Shown: one piece after another, positions 18,710 to 28,359 of the stretch | How positions within the stretch are numbered: the stretch's first letter is position 1 | How the letters are laid out: each line of letters begins with the position of its first letter | IMG/VR virus record: IMGVR_UViG_3300029319_000007 | Direction: 5' to 3' (one strand) | Source: a virus | DNA length: 64,000 nucleotides | The notes under the pieces: generated by a model | Databases searched by the model: none | What the model was told of the DNA's origin: nothing | Seen by the model: the letters and a program-made list of their open reading frames with translations, nothing else | Made by a program: the position numbers and the translations under genes

Positions 18710-19879
18710 TTAAGCATTATCACTAATACTTTCCTCACTATCATTGGAAGGTCCTTGATTTAGTTCTTCTATACTAACGCCGGAATCGACTTTAGTATAT
18801 AAATCAAGGAAACTGTTTTTAGTATCTGTATCAAATCTGTTGATACAAACCTCAACTGCTTTCAACTTGTTTTTAAAGATTGCAAAAGCATTGATGATAT
18901 GTACAAGTCTTCTTGTAGCGATTATCTCATCAATACCGCCGTCATAGAAAGTTCTTCTAATGACATCTGCCCATTTAACAAGGTTGCCAGTAAACTCATT
19001 ATCTTTTAAACTGTAATGCGACATTACATTATCTAAGATTTTTTGTTCGATCTTAGCACTAGGATATTCTTGTTCGAATGTCACAGGAAATCTTTCAAGA
19101 AACGCTTCGTTAAGAATGTTAGTACCAATAAATCTACCATCATCACTACCTTTACCTTTAGTATTGGCAGTTGCGATAATATTAAAACCGTCTTTAGGTT
19201 CGATAAACTGACCTATCTTTTTAAGAAAGATACCGTTGCCTTCAAGAACAGGTTGTAAACACATTATCTTATTTGAGGCAAGGTCAATCTCATCTAAGAG
19301 AAGAACAGCACCTCTTTTCATTGCGTCAACAACAGGACCGTCATGCCAGACAGTTTCGCCGTCTTGCAATCTGAAACCACCAAGTAAATCGTCTTCGTCA
19401 GTTTCAATGGTAATATTAACTCTAATAAGTTCTCTTTTAAGTTCGGCACAACTCTGAATAATATTTAAAGTTTTACCGTTACCAGATAAACCAGTAATAA
19501 AAGTAGGATAAAAGATACCTGATTTAATAATATTTTTGATATCTTTAAAATTACCAAAAGGTACGAATGTGTCTTCTTTTGAAGGCACAAGATTGTCGGC
19601 ACTAGATTGTGATACGGCAATCTTTTTACTTACAGTTTCAGTTTGTTTTGAAACTTTTTGTTTTACATGTTTAGAAGGATTTACAATACCTTCAACAGGT
19701 AATTTGTAAACGCCTCTAGTTAATCTGAATGTATCAGATTTTAACCATTCAGGATATTTAAGACCATTGTCTTTTGCGAATGAGTTAATCTCAACTCTAG
19801 ACAATTGATCTTTCCCAAAGTGTTTGTACGCTAAATCGACAAACTCTTTTTGTTCAATGTTTAGTTCTTTATAGTTCAT
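18710..19879 (-). CDS. MoxR/CobS-like AAA+ ATPase
   Basis: GLSGNGKT, LLLDEID, ATANTKG, LNEAFLERF. Confidence 0.92.
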   Translation of the reverse strand: MNYKELNIEQKEFVDLAYKHFGKDQLSRVEINSFAKDNGLKYPEWLKSDTFRLTRGVYKLPVEGIVNPSKHVKQKVSKQTETVSKKIAVSQSSADNLVPSKEDTFVPFGNFKDIKNIIKSGIFYPTFITGLSGNGKTLNIIQSCAELKRELIRVNITIETDEDDLLGGFRLQDGETVWHDGPVVDAMKRGAVLLLDEIDLASNKIMCLQPVLEGNGIFLKKIGQFIEPKDGFNIIATANTKGKGSDDGRFIGTNILNEAFLERFPVTFEQEYPSAKIEQKILDNVMSHYSLKDNEFTGNLVKWADVIRRTFYDGGIDEIIATRRLVHIINAFAIFKNKLKAVEVCINRFDTDTKNSFLDLYTKVDSGVSIEELNQGPSNDSEESISDNA

Positions 19880-19906
19880 AATATATTCCTTTCAAAATAC
19901 TGGTAT

Positions 19907-19935
19907 ATGCTATCACAGTTCGACATTAAAGTCAA
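19907..19935 (-). promoter_or_regulatory. Early sigma70 promoter TTGACT-N17-TAGCAT
   Basis: 17-nt spacer, extended TG, upstream of the AAA gene SD. Confidence 0.7.
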
Positions 19936-20004
19936 GCACAATCGTAAAATTAAAATCGTTATTTATCAATGATTTAGTCATTTTTTTAGGTGCGACATCC
20001 TGTC

Positions 20005-22299
20005 TCATGCAATTCTTTCAATAAATTTGTTCAATAAAACTCTAGAAACCTTCTTAGTTTTAAAGTTTTTAAGAAATTGTTGTTTCATTTTAGCAGTAGT
20101 CATATCAGAATTAATATCGACATTTTCATCAGATACTTTTAGTTGACTTCTTGGTATGATAAAAAACTCATCATAACCAATATCTGTAATTGAATGACAT
20201 TTATGTTTTCTGATATTCGCTTTTGCGATCTCATATTGTTCATAACCTTCTACTTTATTAAAGTTAGCAACATCCCAATACTTAACTGATTTGCCTGCAA
20301 TGTAATAACCAATAACAGTTGAATTAGTTTTATATTTAAAATACTTTAATGAAGAATAATGATAATTAAAGTGATTAGTGTTAGGTAAACTTTTACTATG
20401 TTTAGAACCAAACACACTAGAAAATGTACCGTCTTTCATAACTATTCTAGTTTCGTATTGACCGTAAGCGTGACTTAATTTACCTTCTTTATCATAATCT
20501 GTATAATTATGATTAGTATGACCACAACCGTCAGTTAAGAATATTGTTGACATTTTTTGTACTTTGTTTTTTTCTCTAAACTTATTTACAACAGGAATAG
20601 TACATAAGATAGCACTATCAAAAGGTGTACCACCAAATCTTAAAGTGTATGGTAATTCAATTGTTTTTTCATATTCATCTTCTTGATCAGTCCATCTATA
20701 CATGCGTTTTTTTCTAGTATTTTCTAGATTGTAATACATTGCAATTTGATATAAATTTGCCATTGCTTCATTAAACTTAGCAATTCTCATATCAGAAGAA
20801 ACAAATTGTAATAGTGAAACTTCTTCCATGATTTTTAGATTTCTTTCACCATAGTCAAATACTGATGAATTTAATCCATCATATCTCTGATAACCAGAAT
20901 TTTCTGATTTCATAAAATTACTTTTTCTCATATCAGTAAATGCATAAACTTCAAAAGGTATGTTAACTGATTTACAGAATAAAACTAAGTTTATTGTCTG
21001 ACAAATAGTATCATAAGTTTTATCTGACATAGAACCTGACCAGTCAATGATCATAACCATACCGTGGTTTTTTGCACCGGGTTCAATTTGTATTCTTTTA
21101 AAGATATCATCATTGTATTTGTATGAATGTAAAGCATTAGTATTAATCATACCAGTTCTAGAAGTTCTAGTTCTAGAATAAGAATCTGCTCTTTTCTTCA
21201 TTTCAAATTCTTTAGTCATATAACTAACTGATCGCATACATTGATTTTTATATTTTTTCCATACAAGTAATCTTTTAGACATTGGAAAATCTGCATTACT
21301 ATCATTAATTTTTTGAGCAATAATATCATAAGGCACAACAGCGTCTTTTACTTTAGGATATTTCAAGTAAAGATTATCCCAAGTCTTACTATCAAGTTGA
21401 GCAAGTTTTGAAGATTGTTTTTGATAATTATTATCAGTAGCAGATTCATTGATATCACCTGATCTTTCATCAGGACTATAACCGGCACCTGATGGTGCAG
21501 TACCTACATCTGATTTTTGTTCTTCTTTTTCTTTTTCTTCTTCTTTTTCTTCTTTACTAGATTGACTAGATTGTTGTTCTTCTTCTGATTTATCATTATC
21601 AGATTCAGATGAGGTAGTATCTTTCTGATCTTGCTCTTGTTGCTCATCAGTATCTCCTTGTTGAGGTTGCATGTCTTGTTCTTCGTCACCTTCTTCAAAG
21701 TTTACATCATCAGATACACTAGATAATTGTTCTTGTTCTTGTTCATCAAATTGTTCTTCTTGCGAATAAGCATAAATGTCTTTTGTAAGTTTTACAACAT
21801 CTTCCCAAGTTTCTAGATTATCTGATCTAGTAATAAATTCTTTTTCAATATCATTAAACTCAATTATTTCTCTTTGACCTGATTTAGCAAACATATTAAG
21901 TCTATCAATAAATCTAATTTTGTTTACATCAATTTCACTAGTACCAAAGAAATCTTTCTCAATCAGTTCATTATAACCATTATAATATGATTTTCTTAAA
22001 CCAGGATATTTCTTTTTCATTTTCTTGTCGATACGAATATCTTCGACAACATTAAAATAAGAATGGGGAATATCGTATTTTTTAAATTCGTTTTCATCAG
22101 TAGGTGTATATAAAGCATGACCTACTTCATGCCCAACTAATAAGTCATATAAATCATTAGTCATATCTTCCCAAATAGGAAGACATAAAACTCTAGTCTT
22201 AGGAATGAAATATGCAGTTTTTACTTTTTTGTGTTCTACTGTGATATTTTCAGTAGCAAGTAATTTTGCAAGATTTGATTTTTGTTCTTGTGTAATCAT
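20005..22299 (-). CDS. CobT-like protein: HExxH metallopeptidase-like domain, acidic linker, vWA (MIDAS) domain
   Basis: HEVGH...NVVED.R; E/Q/S-rich linker; IDWSGSM, GGTP, FLTDG. Confidence 0.88.
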   Translation of the reverse strand: MITQEQKSNLAKLLATENITVEHKKVKTAYFIPKTRVLCLPIWEDMTNDLYDLLVGHEVGHALYTPTDENEFKKYDIPHSYFNVVEDIRIDKKMKKKYPGLRKSYYNGYNELIEKDFFGTSEIDVNKIRFIDRLNMFAKSGQREIIEFNDIEKEFITRSDNLETWEDVVKLTKDIYAYSQEEQFDEQEQEQLSSVSDDVNFEEGDEEQDMQPQQGDTDEQQEQDQKDTTSSESDNDKSEEEQQSSQSSKEEKEEEKEKEEQKSDVGTAPSGAGYSPDERSGDINESATDNNYQKQSSKLAQLDSKTWDNLYLKYPKVKDAVVPYDIIAQKINDSNADFPMSKRLLVWKKYKNQCMRSVSYMTKEFEMKKRADSYSRTRTSRTGMINTNALHSYKYNDDIFKRIQIEPGAKNHGMVMIIDWSGSMSDKTYDTICQTINLVLFCKSVNIPFEVYAFTDMRKSNFMKSENSGYQRYDGLNSSVFDYGERNLKIMEEVSLLQFVSSDMRIAKFNEAMANLYQIAMYYNLENTRKKRMYRWTDQEDEYEKTIELPYTLRFGGTPFDSAILCTIPVVNKFREKNKVQKMSTIFLTDGCGHTNHNYTDYDKEGKLSHAYGQYETRIVMKDGTFSSVFGSKHSKSLPNTNHFNYHYSSLKYFKYKTNSTVIGYYIAGKSVKYWDVANFNKVEGYEQYEIAKANIRKHKCHSITDIGYDEFFIIPRSQLKVSDENVDINSDMTTAKMKQQFLKNFKTKKVSRVLLNKFIERIA

Positions 22300-22320
22300 A
22301 ATAACCTCAATTATGTTGCT

Positions 22321-22349
22321 ATGCTAACATGATTTTTAAAAATTTGCAA
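22321..22349 (-). promoter_or_regulatory. Early sigma70 promoter TTGCAA-N17-TAGCAT
   Basis: Same -10 and extended TG as the 19907 promoter. Confidence 0.65.
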
Positions 22350-22428
22350 GCATTATCGTAAAAAAAGTTAAAGAAAAAACCCTTGTTTTTCAACGATTTA
22401 TTTAGGTGCGACAAAATGCACACCCTAT

Positions 22429-22443
22429 GTTCGTGTTTTGTTC
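22429..22443. promoter_or_regulatory. Possible alphaproteobacterial LexA box GTTC-N7-GTTC
   Basis: GTTCgtgttttGTTC in the intergenic region about 80 bp upstream of the early promoter. Confidence 0.35.
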
Positions 22444-23510
22444 TACTTTTCGAAGATAAAAGTAGGTTCAAATTTGCGACCGGATATGTCTGGTCTTTCA
22501 AATTCACCCATATATCGTTGTTTTTGTTTTTTCTCTGTGACCTCGCCGTCTAATGTTCTCACACTAGAACCGCCTTGTTGAGTAGATAAAGATAACCACC
22601 AGGTATCGACATGTTTAAATCCTACCTCTTTTGCTAGTCTTACTGTATCTTCTTCAAACTCTTTATATTGTTTTGTATTTGCAACATTTAATGCTAGATA
22701 TTTACCTGTCTTCAAACCTATATGTGCATTTGCAATTGTCTTTTTTAAGAAGTGTTCTTTCCACATATAACTTGTATCAAACTTAATACTAGATTGTTCA
22801 GGTTCATCACCATATGCTTCCCAACCAAAGTATGGCGGACTAGTAAATACAAAATCTAAACTTTCTTCTTCAGGTATATAAGTCTCACTACCTTGTCTTA
22901 ATAATTCATATTTCTTATCTTTGTGACCAAATGTATCTCTGATTTGTTCTAAACCTTTGTATGTAGGTATACAAGGATCAGTACCTATATAATTAACACC
23001 GGCAATAATCGCCCCTAATAGTCTACCGCCATAACCCATACTAGGATCCCAAACTGTTCCTGCTTCTGTGCCTTCTATAATACTATCTTTATCAACAAAG
23101 ATATCATACATTGCAGCGGCAGCAGTAGGTCTAAAATTAGAAACCATTTGTGTGCCTGTATATCTTCTTAACATAGAACGCAAATCACTATCAGTTATTT
23201 TGTGTAAAGGTTTTTGTACAAAGAATACACCATTAAGTATTTTGTTAATACCTTTTTCAAGTTGTTCTTCATCTTCCCATATTTCCATAGGTGTTTTCAT
23301 TTTACCACATTTAATGCCCCAAGCATGCTTCATATAAGACCATGCAAGATTAAGACCATGTGGCGATTGACCTATGACTTTGTTTTTTCTATCTACTAAA
23401 TTTGTTCTATCAAAACTTAACATAGTTTCAAATGTTTTATTACGCCATTTACTGTCTTCAGGATAATAAGGAAAACCTTTATCTTTTATTTGTTTTACTA
23501 TTTCACTCAT
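22443..23510 (-). CDS. DNA amino-methyltransferase
   Basis: WDPSMGYGG and FTSPPYF; start revised to 23510 (MSEIVKQ, ATGA overlap with upstream stop). Confidence 0.85.
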   Translation of the reverse strand: MSEIVKQIKDKGFPYYPEDSKWRNKTFETMLSFDRTNLVDRKNKVIGQSPHGLNLAWSYMKHAWGIKCGKMKTPMEIWEDEEQLEKGINKILNGVFFVQKPLHKITDSDLRSMLRRYTGTQMVSNFRPTAAAAMYDIFVDKDSIIEGTEAGTVWDPSMGYGGRLLGAIIAGVNYIGTDPCIPTYKGLEQIRDTFGHKDKKYELLRQGSETYIPEEESLDFVFTSPPYFGWEAYGDEPEQSSIKFDTSYMWKEHFLKKTIANAHIGLKTGKYLALNVANTKQYKEFEEDTVRLAKEVGFKHVDTWWLSLSTQQGGSSVRTLDGEVTEKKQKQRYMGEFERPDISGRKFEPTFIFEK

Positions 23511-24115
23511 TGTGTTCTCTCTTTTGTCAAGTCTGCATATTCTTGATTTATTTCTGAACCTATCCATTGTCTCTTAGTATTCATAGCAGCAACTGCTGTT
23601 GTACCAGAACCCATAAAAGGATCATAAACAATATTATCTTTATCTGTATAGTTTTGTATTAATAGTTCTATTACTCTTACAGGCATACCATAACCATAGT
23701 TTTTATATTTACTAGAATTAATAATAAACACATCTGGTTTAAAATCTGCAATAGGTTTTCTCTTTGCATTTTTTCTACTAAATGTCATTACATGTTGATA
23801 GTTCATTCTATAATCATTTACACCTGTACCTTTTACCCAAATCTTATGTGAATGTAAAATATAACCTAGTGTTTTAAATACATCAATAACTATACTATGT
23901 TTAGACACTATTTGACCACCACTCTTTCTATCACTTATGCATATAGAAACAAAGTTGCTAGCAGGTTCTAATTTTACTGCCCATGATTTAATAAAGTCTG
24001 CATATGAAAAATCTATTGCCTTATCTAACTCATCAAAGTCAGGTGGCGAACAAACAACATAATCATAATATAATTTACGATCTAATGTTTTTAAACAATC
24101 TTCAACATATATCAT
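23507..24115 (-). CDS. Beta-class DNA methyltransferase-like protein with atypical SPPD motif
   Basis: N-terminal VCSPPDF; C-terminal YDPFMGSGTT...IGSEI. Confidence 0.8.
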   Translation of the reverse strand: MIYVEDCLKTLDRKLYYDYVVCSPPDFDELDKAIDFSYADFIKSWAVKLEPASNFVSICISDRKSGGQIVSKHSIVIDVFKTLGYILHSHKIWVKGTGVNDYRMNYQHVMTFSRKNAKRKPIADFKPDVFIINSSKYKNYGYGMPVRVIELLIQNYTDKDNIVYDPFMGSGTTAVAAMNTKRQWIGSEINQEYADLTKERTQ

Positions 24116-24145
24116 TATAAAACCTTTTTACAGTATATCAAATTT

Positions 24146-24415
24146 TTATAGATTTGTCAAGGTTGAAAAAGTCTTTAGTTTTTCTCGTTTTTCAACTATT
24201 CTCTTATTCAATTCTGCTTGATTTACTAAACCTTTCTCTATTAACAATTGTATCATACACAGGACATCACCTGCTTCTTTTGTAATATTTTCATTCTCTT
24301 TACCAAATCTAACAATCTTCATGGTTTCTTGTGTTAGTTCACCACATTCTTCAGCAGTTATTGCTAACAGTTCTATTGTTTCTTGTGATAAAGCGTATTT
24401 CAAACCTTTTGTCAT
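24146..24415 (-). CDS. MazG-like NTP pyrophosphohydrolase
   Basis: EECGEL...EAGDVL acidic motifs. Confidence 0.75.
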   Translation of the reverse strand: MTKGLKYALSQETIELLAITAEECGELTQETMKIVRFGKENENITKEAGDVLCMIQLLIEKGLVNQAELNKRIVEKREKLKTFSTLTNL

Positions 24416-26118
24416 TCTACTACCTTTGTAAAGTTTCCTACTTTCTCATACTTAATAACATTTTTAAATTTATCAGCAATCATATCTGTTTTGTGTGATA
24501 TAATAAAAACATTCTCATTATCTAATGTATTTAGGATTTTAAGAAAATCATCTGTGCCTTGTCCGTCAAGACTGCCATCAAATATTTCATCTAATAATAA
24601 TAAATTTGTTGATATACTATTTTTCATTTTTGCAATAGCACGCCATGTAAATAATAATGCAAGATTTATTCTCATCTTTTCACCTTCACTAAATGATGTA
24701 TATGAAAACTCATCTCGATATCTAGATTTAATTATTTCTTTAAACTCACCATCTAATCTAAAGTTTACAAAGAAGTCCATACTTGCAAGATACTTGTTTA
24801 TTAATTGATTGATAACAGGTAAGTATTGTTTTATAATTTTTGTTTTAATACCTGTGTCTAATAACATTTGTTTTGCGGCATGTAAATAATCGTGTTCTTC
24901 TAACTTAGATAATTTTGTTTTTTGAAACTCATCTTGACTTTCTTCTAAAACTTTTAGTTTGCCTTTTGCCTCGCCTGTGTCACTAGATTGTTCAGTTAGT
25001 TTTGTAATGTTATGTGTTAATTTTGTGTTAATGTTTTTTAGTTCAGTTTTTGATTGATCAAATTTTGCAATATCAATTTCTGTTGATCTTATATCTGTTT
25101 CTATATTTCTTATCTTATCTATTCTGTTTGATAATGATTTTAATTCTTTTTGTGCGTCTTCTATCGCCTGATTCCATTTCATTATCTCTTTATTATTATC
25201 TGCAATCATAACTTGTTTATTAGATAATACTTGTTTACATGTAGGACAATTATCATTATCTTCATAAAACTTTTTATGTTTATTACATGATGTTAGTTTA
25301 CTTTGAAACTGTGCCTGAAAGTTTTGCATTTTATCAAACTTATTATTTGTGTTATCTTTGTCAGTTATTGTATGTTTTAGTTTTTGTATTTCGTTTTGTA
25401 ATCCTAGTATGTGTGAATTATATTTTTCAACAGCAACTTTGTTTTGTTCTATCTTTTCTTTTTCACTCTTTATTGTTTCTTCAAGTTGACTATCTAACTT
25501 AGCAACATATTCTTTTTGAGTATTAATATTATTTTCTACTATTGTTAAATCTCTATCAATATCTTTTACTTGTTCGTCTATTTCTTTTAGTCTTACTTTT
25601 GTTAACATATTCATTACAGAAAATATCTTAATATCAAGTATGTCTTCTATAACTTCTCGTCTATGAGGTGCTTTTAGTTCCATGAAAGGCACAAATGTAC
25701 TACTACCTAAAATAACAACTTGTGTAAATGTTCTATAATTAAATTTAAGTATTTGATGTTCTAGTTGTTTTTGATAATCTGCAACTGTAGATGTTTGATT
25801 AAGTAATTCGTCATTTTGATATACTTCAAATATATTAGGTTTGATACCTCGTTTTATTTTATAACGATTTGAAGATATACGAAACTCTAACTCAACTTCT
25901 GTGCCGCCTAGATTAATACTATTGACTAATTGTTCTTTCTTTATTTCTCTAAAAGGTTTACTAAACAAAGCAAAACACAATGCGTCTAGTATTGTTGACT
26001 TACCTGCACCGTTATGACCTACAACTAAGGTTGTAGAATTATTATTTAAATCAACTTCAATAAATGAATTACCTGATGATAGAAAGTTTTTCCATCTTAT
26101 CTTTTCAAATATTATCAT
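24412..26118 (-). CDS. gp46: Rad50/SbcC-like recombination ATPase
   Basis: GHNGAGKS, CPTC zinc hook, FSEGEK, LLDEIFD. Confidence 0.97.
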   Translation of the reverse strand: MIIFEKIRWKNFLSSGNSFIEVDLNNNSTTLVVGHNGAGKSTILDALCFALFSKPFREIKKEQLVNSINLGGTEVELEFRISSNRYKIKRGIKPNIFEVYQNDELLNQTSTVADYQKQLEHQILKFNYRTFTQVVILGSSTFVPFMELKAPHRREVIEDILDIKIFSVMNMLTKVRLKEIDEQVKDIDRDLTIVENNINTQKEYVAKLDSQLEETIKSEKEKIEQNKVAVEKYNSHILGLQNEIQKLKHTITDKDNTNNKFDKMQNFQAQFQSKLTSCNKHKKFYEDNDNCPTCKQVLSNKQVMIADNNKEIMKWNQAIEDAQKELKSLSNRIDKIRNIETDIRSTEIDIAKFDQSKTELKNINTKLTHNITKLTEQSSDTGEAKGKLKVLEESQDEFQKTKLSKLEEHDYLHAAKQMLLDTGIKTKIIKQYLPVINQLINKYLASMDFFVNFRLDGEFKEIIKSRYRDEFSYTSFSEGEKMRINLALLFTWRAIAKMKNSISTNLLLLDEIFDGSLDGQGTDDFLKILNTLDNENVFIISHKTDMIADKFKNVIKYEKVGNFTKVVE

Positions 26119-27185
26119 ATCTCTAAATCTCCTGCCTCAACATATAAACTTCTCATTAAAGTTTTTAGTTTTTCTTTATTTAAATCAGTTTCAAGTTCGT
26201 TAACATAGTTATCTAATAAAGTAGGTGTATCTTCACTTCTTTCTGCAATATCATCTGCCACAGTAGAAGCGTCTAAGTCTGTGTAATCTTCTATTACTTT
26301 TAAATCATGTATATTTGTTTTCTTATAAAAACCGTCTATGAATTTATCAAATAAGTAATAATCTTTTTTCTTTTCTACTATTAGTTTGATAAACTTATCT
26401 TTATATGGTTTATAATCAAAGTCTTTGTAATCATTAGTCTCATCATTATAAAATATCTTTTCATGTATAGTATATGGATTAGGTATTCTTTCTATTTCTC
26501 TTGTTTCTGTATCAAATATATGAAAACCTTTAGGACATTTATAATCATTCCACATAAATTCATAAGGGCAACCAAGATAATATATTTGACCATCATCACT
26601 CTTTTTATGAAAGTGACCTGAATATACTTTTTCAAATCTACGAAATAAACTTTTATTTAAACCTGTAGCAGATTTTATGCCGTTATGCATTTCAAATCCT
26701 TCTATCTCTAGATGACCCATAATAACATCTGCTCTTTCTTGTTCAAGTGCTTGTATTGTTTGATCTTTATTATCAGCACATACCCAAGGCAACATTAACA
26801 TTTTTGTGCCACCTAACTCTACTACTTTAGGATTAGTATAAATGTAAGGTTCATGTATACCGTCATAAGTTGTTAATAACTCATCAACAGCATTTACTTC
26901 GTTTGTATTTTTATAATAAGTGTCATGATTACCTATTATAATATGTGTATCTATTTTTTCTTCCCACAATCTTTTCATAAAGTTAAGACGAAAATCATGA
27001 GATGTTTTAAAGTTAATAAACTTACGCCTATCAACAATATCACCTAAATGAATTAGTGTATTAATATTATGTTGTTTTAAATATGGGAAAAACACATCAT
27101 CATAAAACTTGAAAAAATAATTTGCATATGCAGGATTATCATTTCTCGCCCCAAAATGTGTGTCAGTAATTAGAGCAATCTTCAT
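26115..27185 (-). CDS. gp47: Mre11/SbcD-like nuclease
   Basis: DTHFG, LGD, GNHD, SGHFH. Confidence 0.96.
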   Translation of the reverse strand: MKIALITDTHFGARNDNPAYANYFFKFYDDVFFPYLKQHNINTLIHLGDIVDRRKFINFKTSHDFRLNFMKRLWEEKIDTHIIIGNHDTYYKNTNEVNAVDELLTTYDGIHEPYIYTNPKVVELGGTKMLMLPWVCADNKDQTIQALEQERADVIMGHLEIEGFEMHNGIKSATGLNKSLFRRFEKVYSGHFHKKSDDGQIYYLGCPYEFMWNDYKCPKGFHIFDTETREIERIPNPYTIHEKIFYNDETNDYKDFDYKPYKDKFIKLIVEKKKDYYLFDKFIDGFYKKTNIHDLKVIEDYTDLDASTVADDIAERSEDTPTLLDNYVNELETDLNKEKLKTLMRSLYVEAGDLEI

Positions 27186-27742
27186 AACATAAAGTATTCT
27201 AGTTTTTTAACTTTTGTAATCTTTCTTTTTAGTTTAGGTTTATCTTCTTTCTTTTCTGGTTCAGAATCAATAATCATGTTCTTTCTTAAAAAATCAGCAT
27301 ATTGATTTTGATAATCTGTGTTATCACCTTCTTGTCTTACTATTTCATCTAATCCACTTTTTAGAATTAACTTTTGTTTAATTGTTGTTTGTTTTTTTTC
27401 TTTCTGTATTCTTCTAATAAAGGCGTAATAAATTATTTGTGTAAAGTAAGCAAAAGGATTACTAGATTTTTCAGGATCAAAGTTTGCTACATATTGTAAA
27501 CAATTTTCAATACCATCACTTATCATATCTTCTTTATATGTGTAATTAATAAAGTTAGGTCTATATGATAAATGATTTGCAATCTTTAAAAAACATTCGC
27601 CAATATAATCATTTATAGGAGGATCTTTTCTTTTTCTCTTTCGAGCAGATACCACTTTCTTGTGATACTTTTTCATTTCCTCTAAAAACTTCTTATTATC
27701 AACATAATGTTCTGTTTTTTTCTTCTTTAATTGTACAGTCAT
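27182..27742 (-). CDS. gp55: Late-transcription sigma factor
   Basis: HYVDNK, NFINYTY..DMISDG.ENC, NPFAYFTQI. Confidence 0.97.
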   Translation of the reverse strand: MTVQLKKKKTEHYVDNKKFLEEMKKYHKKVVSARKRKRKDPPINDYIGECFLKIANHLSYRPNFINYTYKEDMISDGIENCLQYVANFDPEKSSNPFAYFTQIIYYAFIRRIQKEKKQTTIKQKLILKSGLDEIVRQEGDNTDYQNQYADFLRKNMIIDSEPEKKEDKPKLKRKITKVKKLEYFML

Positions 27743-27752
27743 AATGTTTCAC

Positions 27753-27781
27753 ATTCTATCACGAAATAGTATAAAAGTCAA
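27753..27781 (-). promoter_or_regulatory. Sigma70 promoter TTGACT-N17-TAGAAT for the gp55-47-46 operon
   Basis: -35 at 27781-27776, -10 at 27758-27753. Confidence 0.75.
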
Positions 27782-27828
27782 GCGTTATATACTACATTTT
27801 GTGATTATTTTTTTTTTGATAAAAGTGC

Positions 27829-27857
27829 TTGACTAAACTCGATTTTTGAAGTATAAT
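27829..27857 (+). promoter_or_regulatory. Divergent antisense sigma70 promoter TTGACT-N17-TATAAT
   Basis: Near-consensus promoter on the + strand with no credible + strand gene downstream. Confidence 0.65.
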
Positions 27858-27886
27858 ACGGATGTCCCGTTTTGATGAGACCTGCT

Positions 27887-28351
27887 TTAATGCTTAGTTG
27901 TTTTACCTTTTAGATATTCAATCATTTCAAAATAATCTTCATCATTCATTTTATCCATCATATCATCAAATTTTTGATCCATTTCAATTTTAGATTGTAT
28001 AGGTTCTAATTCTTTTTTTATAGAAGGAAACAATCCCATTCTAACATTATTATAATATTCTGTCAAGTTATTATTTGGCGAACCTATTGTAATTACATGT
28101 TCTCTCAATACAGAATATACTTTATCAGTTGTTTGAAACACTAAAGGTGTCAAAGACATTTTTTCTTCGACAAATCCTATATTATTACCTACAAGGTTTT
28201 CATGTATTCTCACTTTGTAAGGATCATGTAATCTTATAAAATTAGAACCTTCTTGTACTGTGACACCTGCGATAACTTGTTGCCCATTTGATAACATAAT
28301 TACTTTAGGGGTAGGTATATTTACTTTTGTTTCTTTTACTGTTTCGTTCAT
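27887..28351 (-). CDS. Conserved hypothetical protein between uvsW and gp55
   Basis: 154-aa ORF; CATAAATA at 28364-28357. Confidence 0.75.
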   Translation of the reverse strand: MNETVKETKVNIPTPKVIMLSNGQQVIAGVTVQEGSNFIRLHDPYKVRIHENLVGNNIGFVEEKMSLTPLVFQTTDKVYSVLREHVITIGSPNNNLTEYYNNVRMGLFPSIKKELEPIQSKIEMDQKFDDMMDKMNDEDYFEMIEYLKGKTTKH

Positions 28352-28359
28352 ATAATTAT

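Noticed and set aside
18710-22299. Cobalamin biosynthesis genes cobS/cobT as auxiliary metabolic genes
   Set aside because: No cobN or other cob genes; the HExxH-vWA architecture fits a generic MoxR/vWA pair
22319-22507. 62-aa minus-strand ORF
   Set aside because: It spans the promoter/operator region and the methyltransferase end, with no SD or motif; likely spurious
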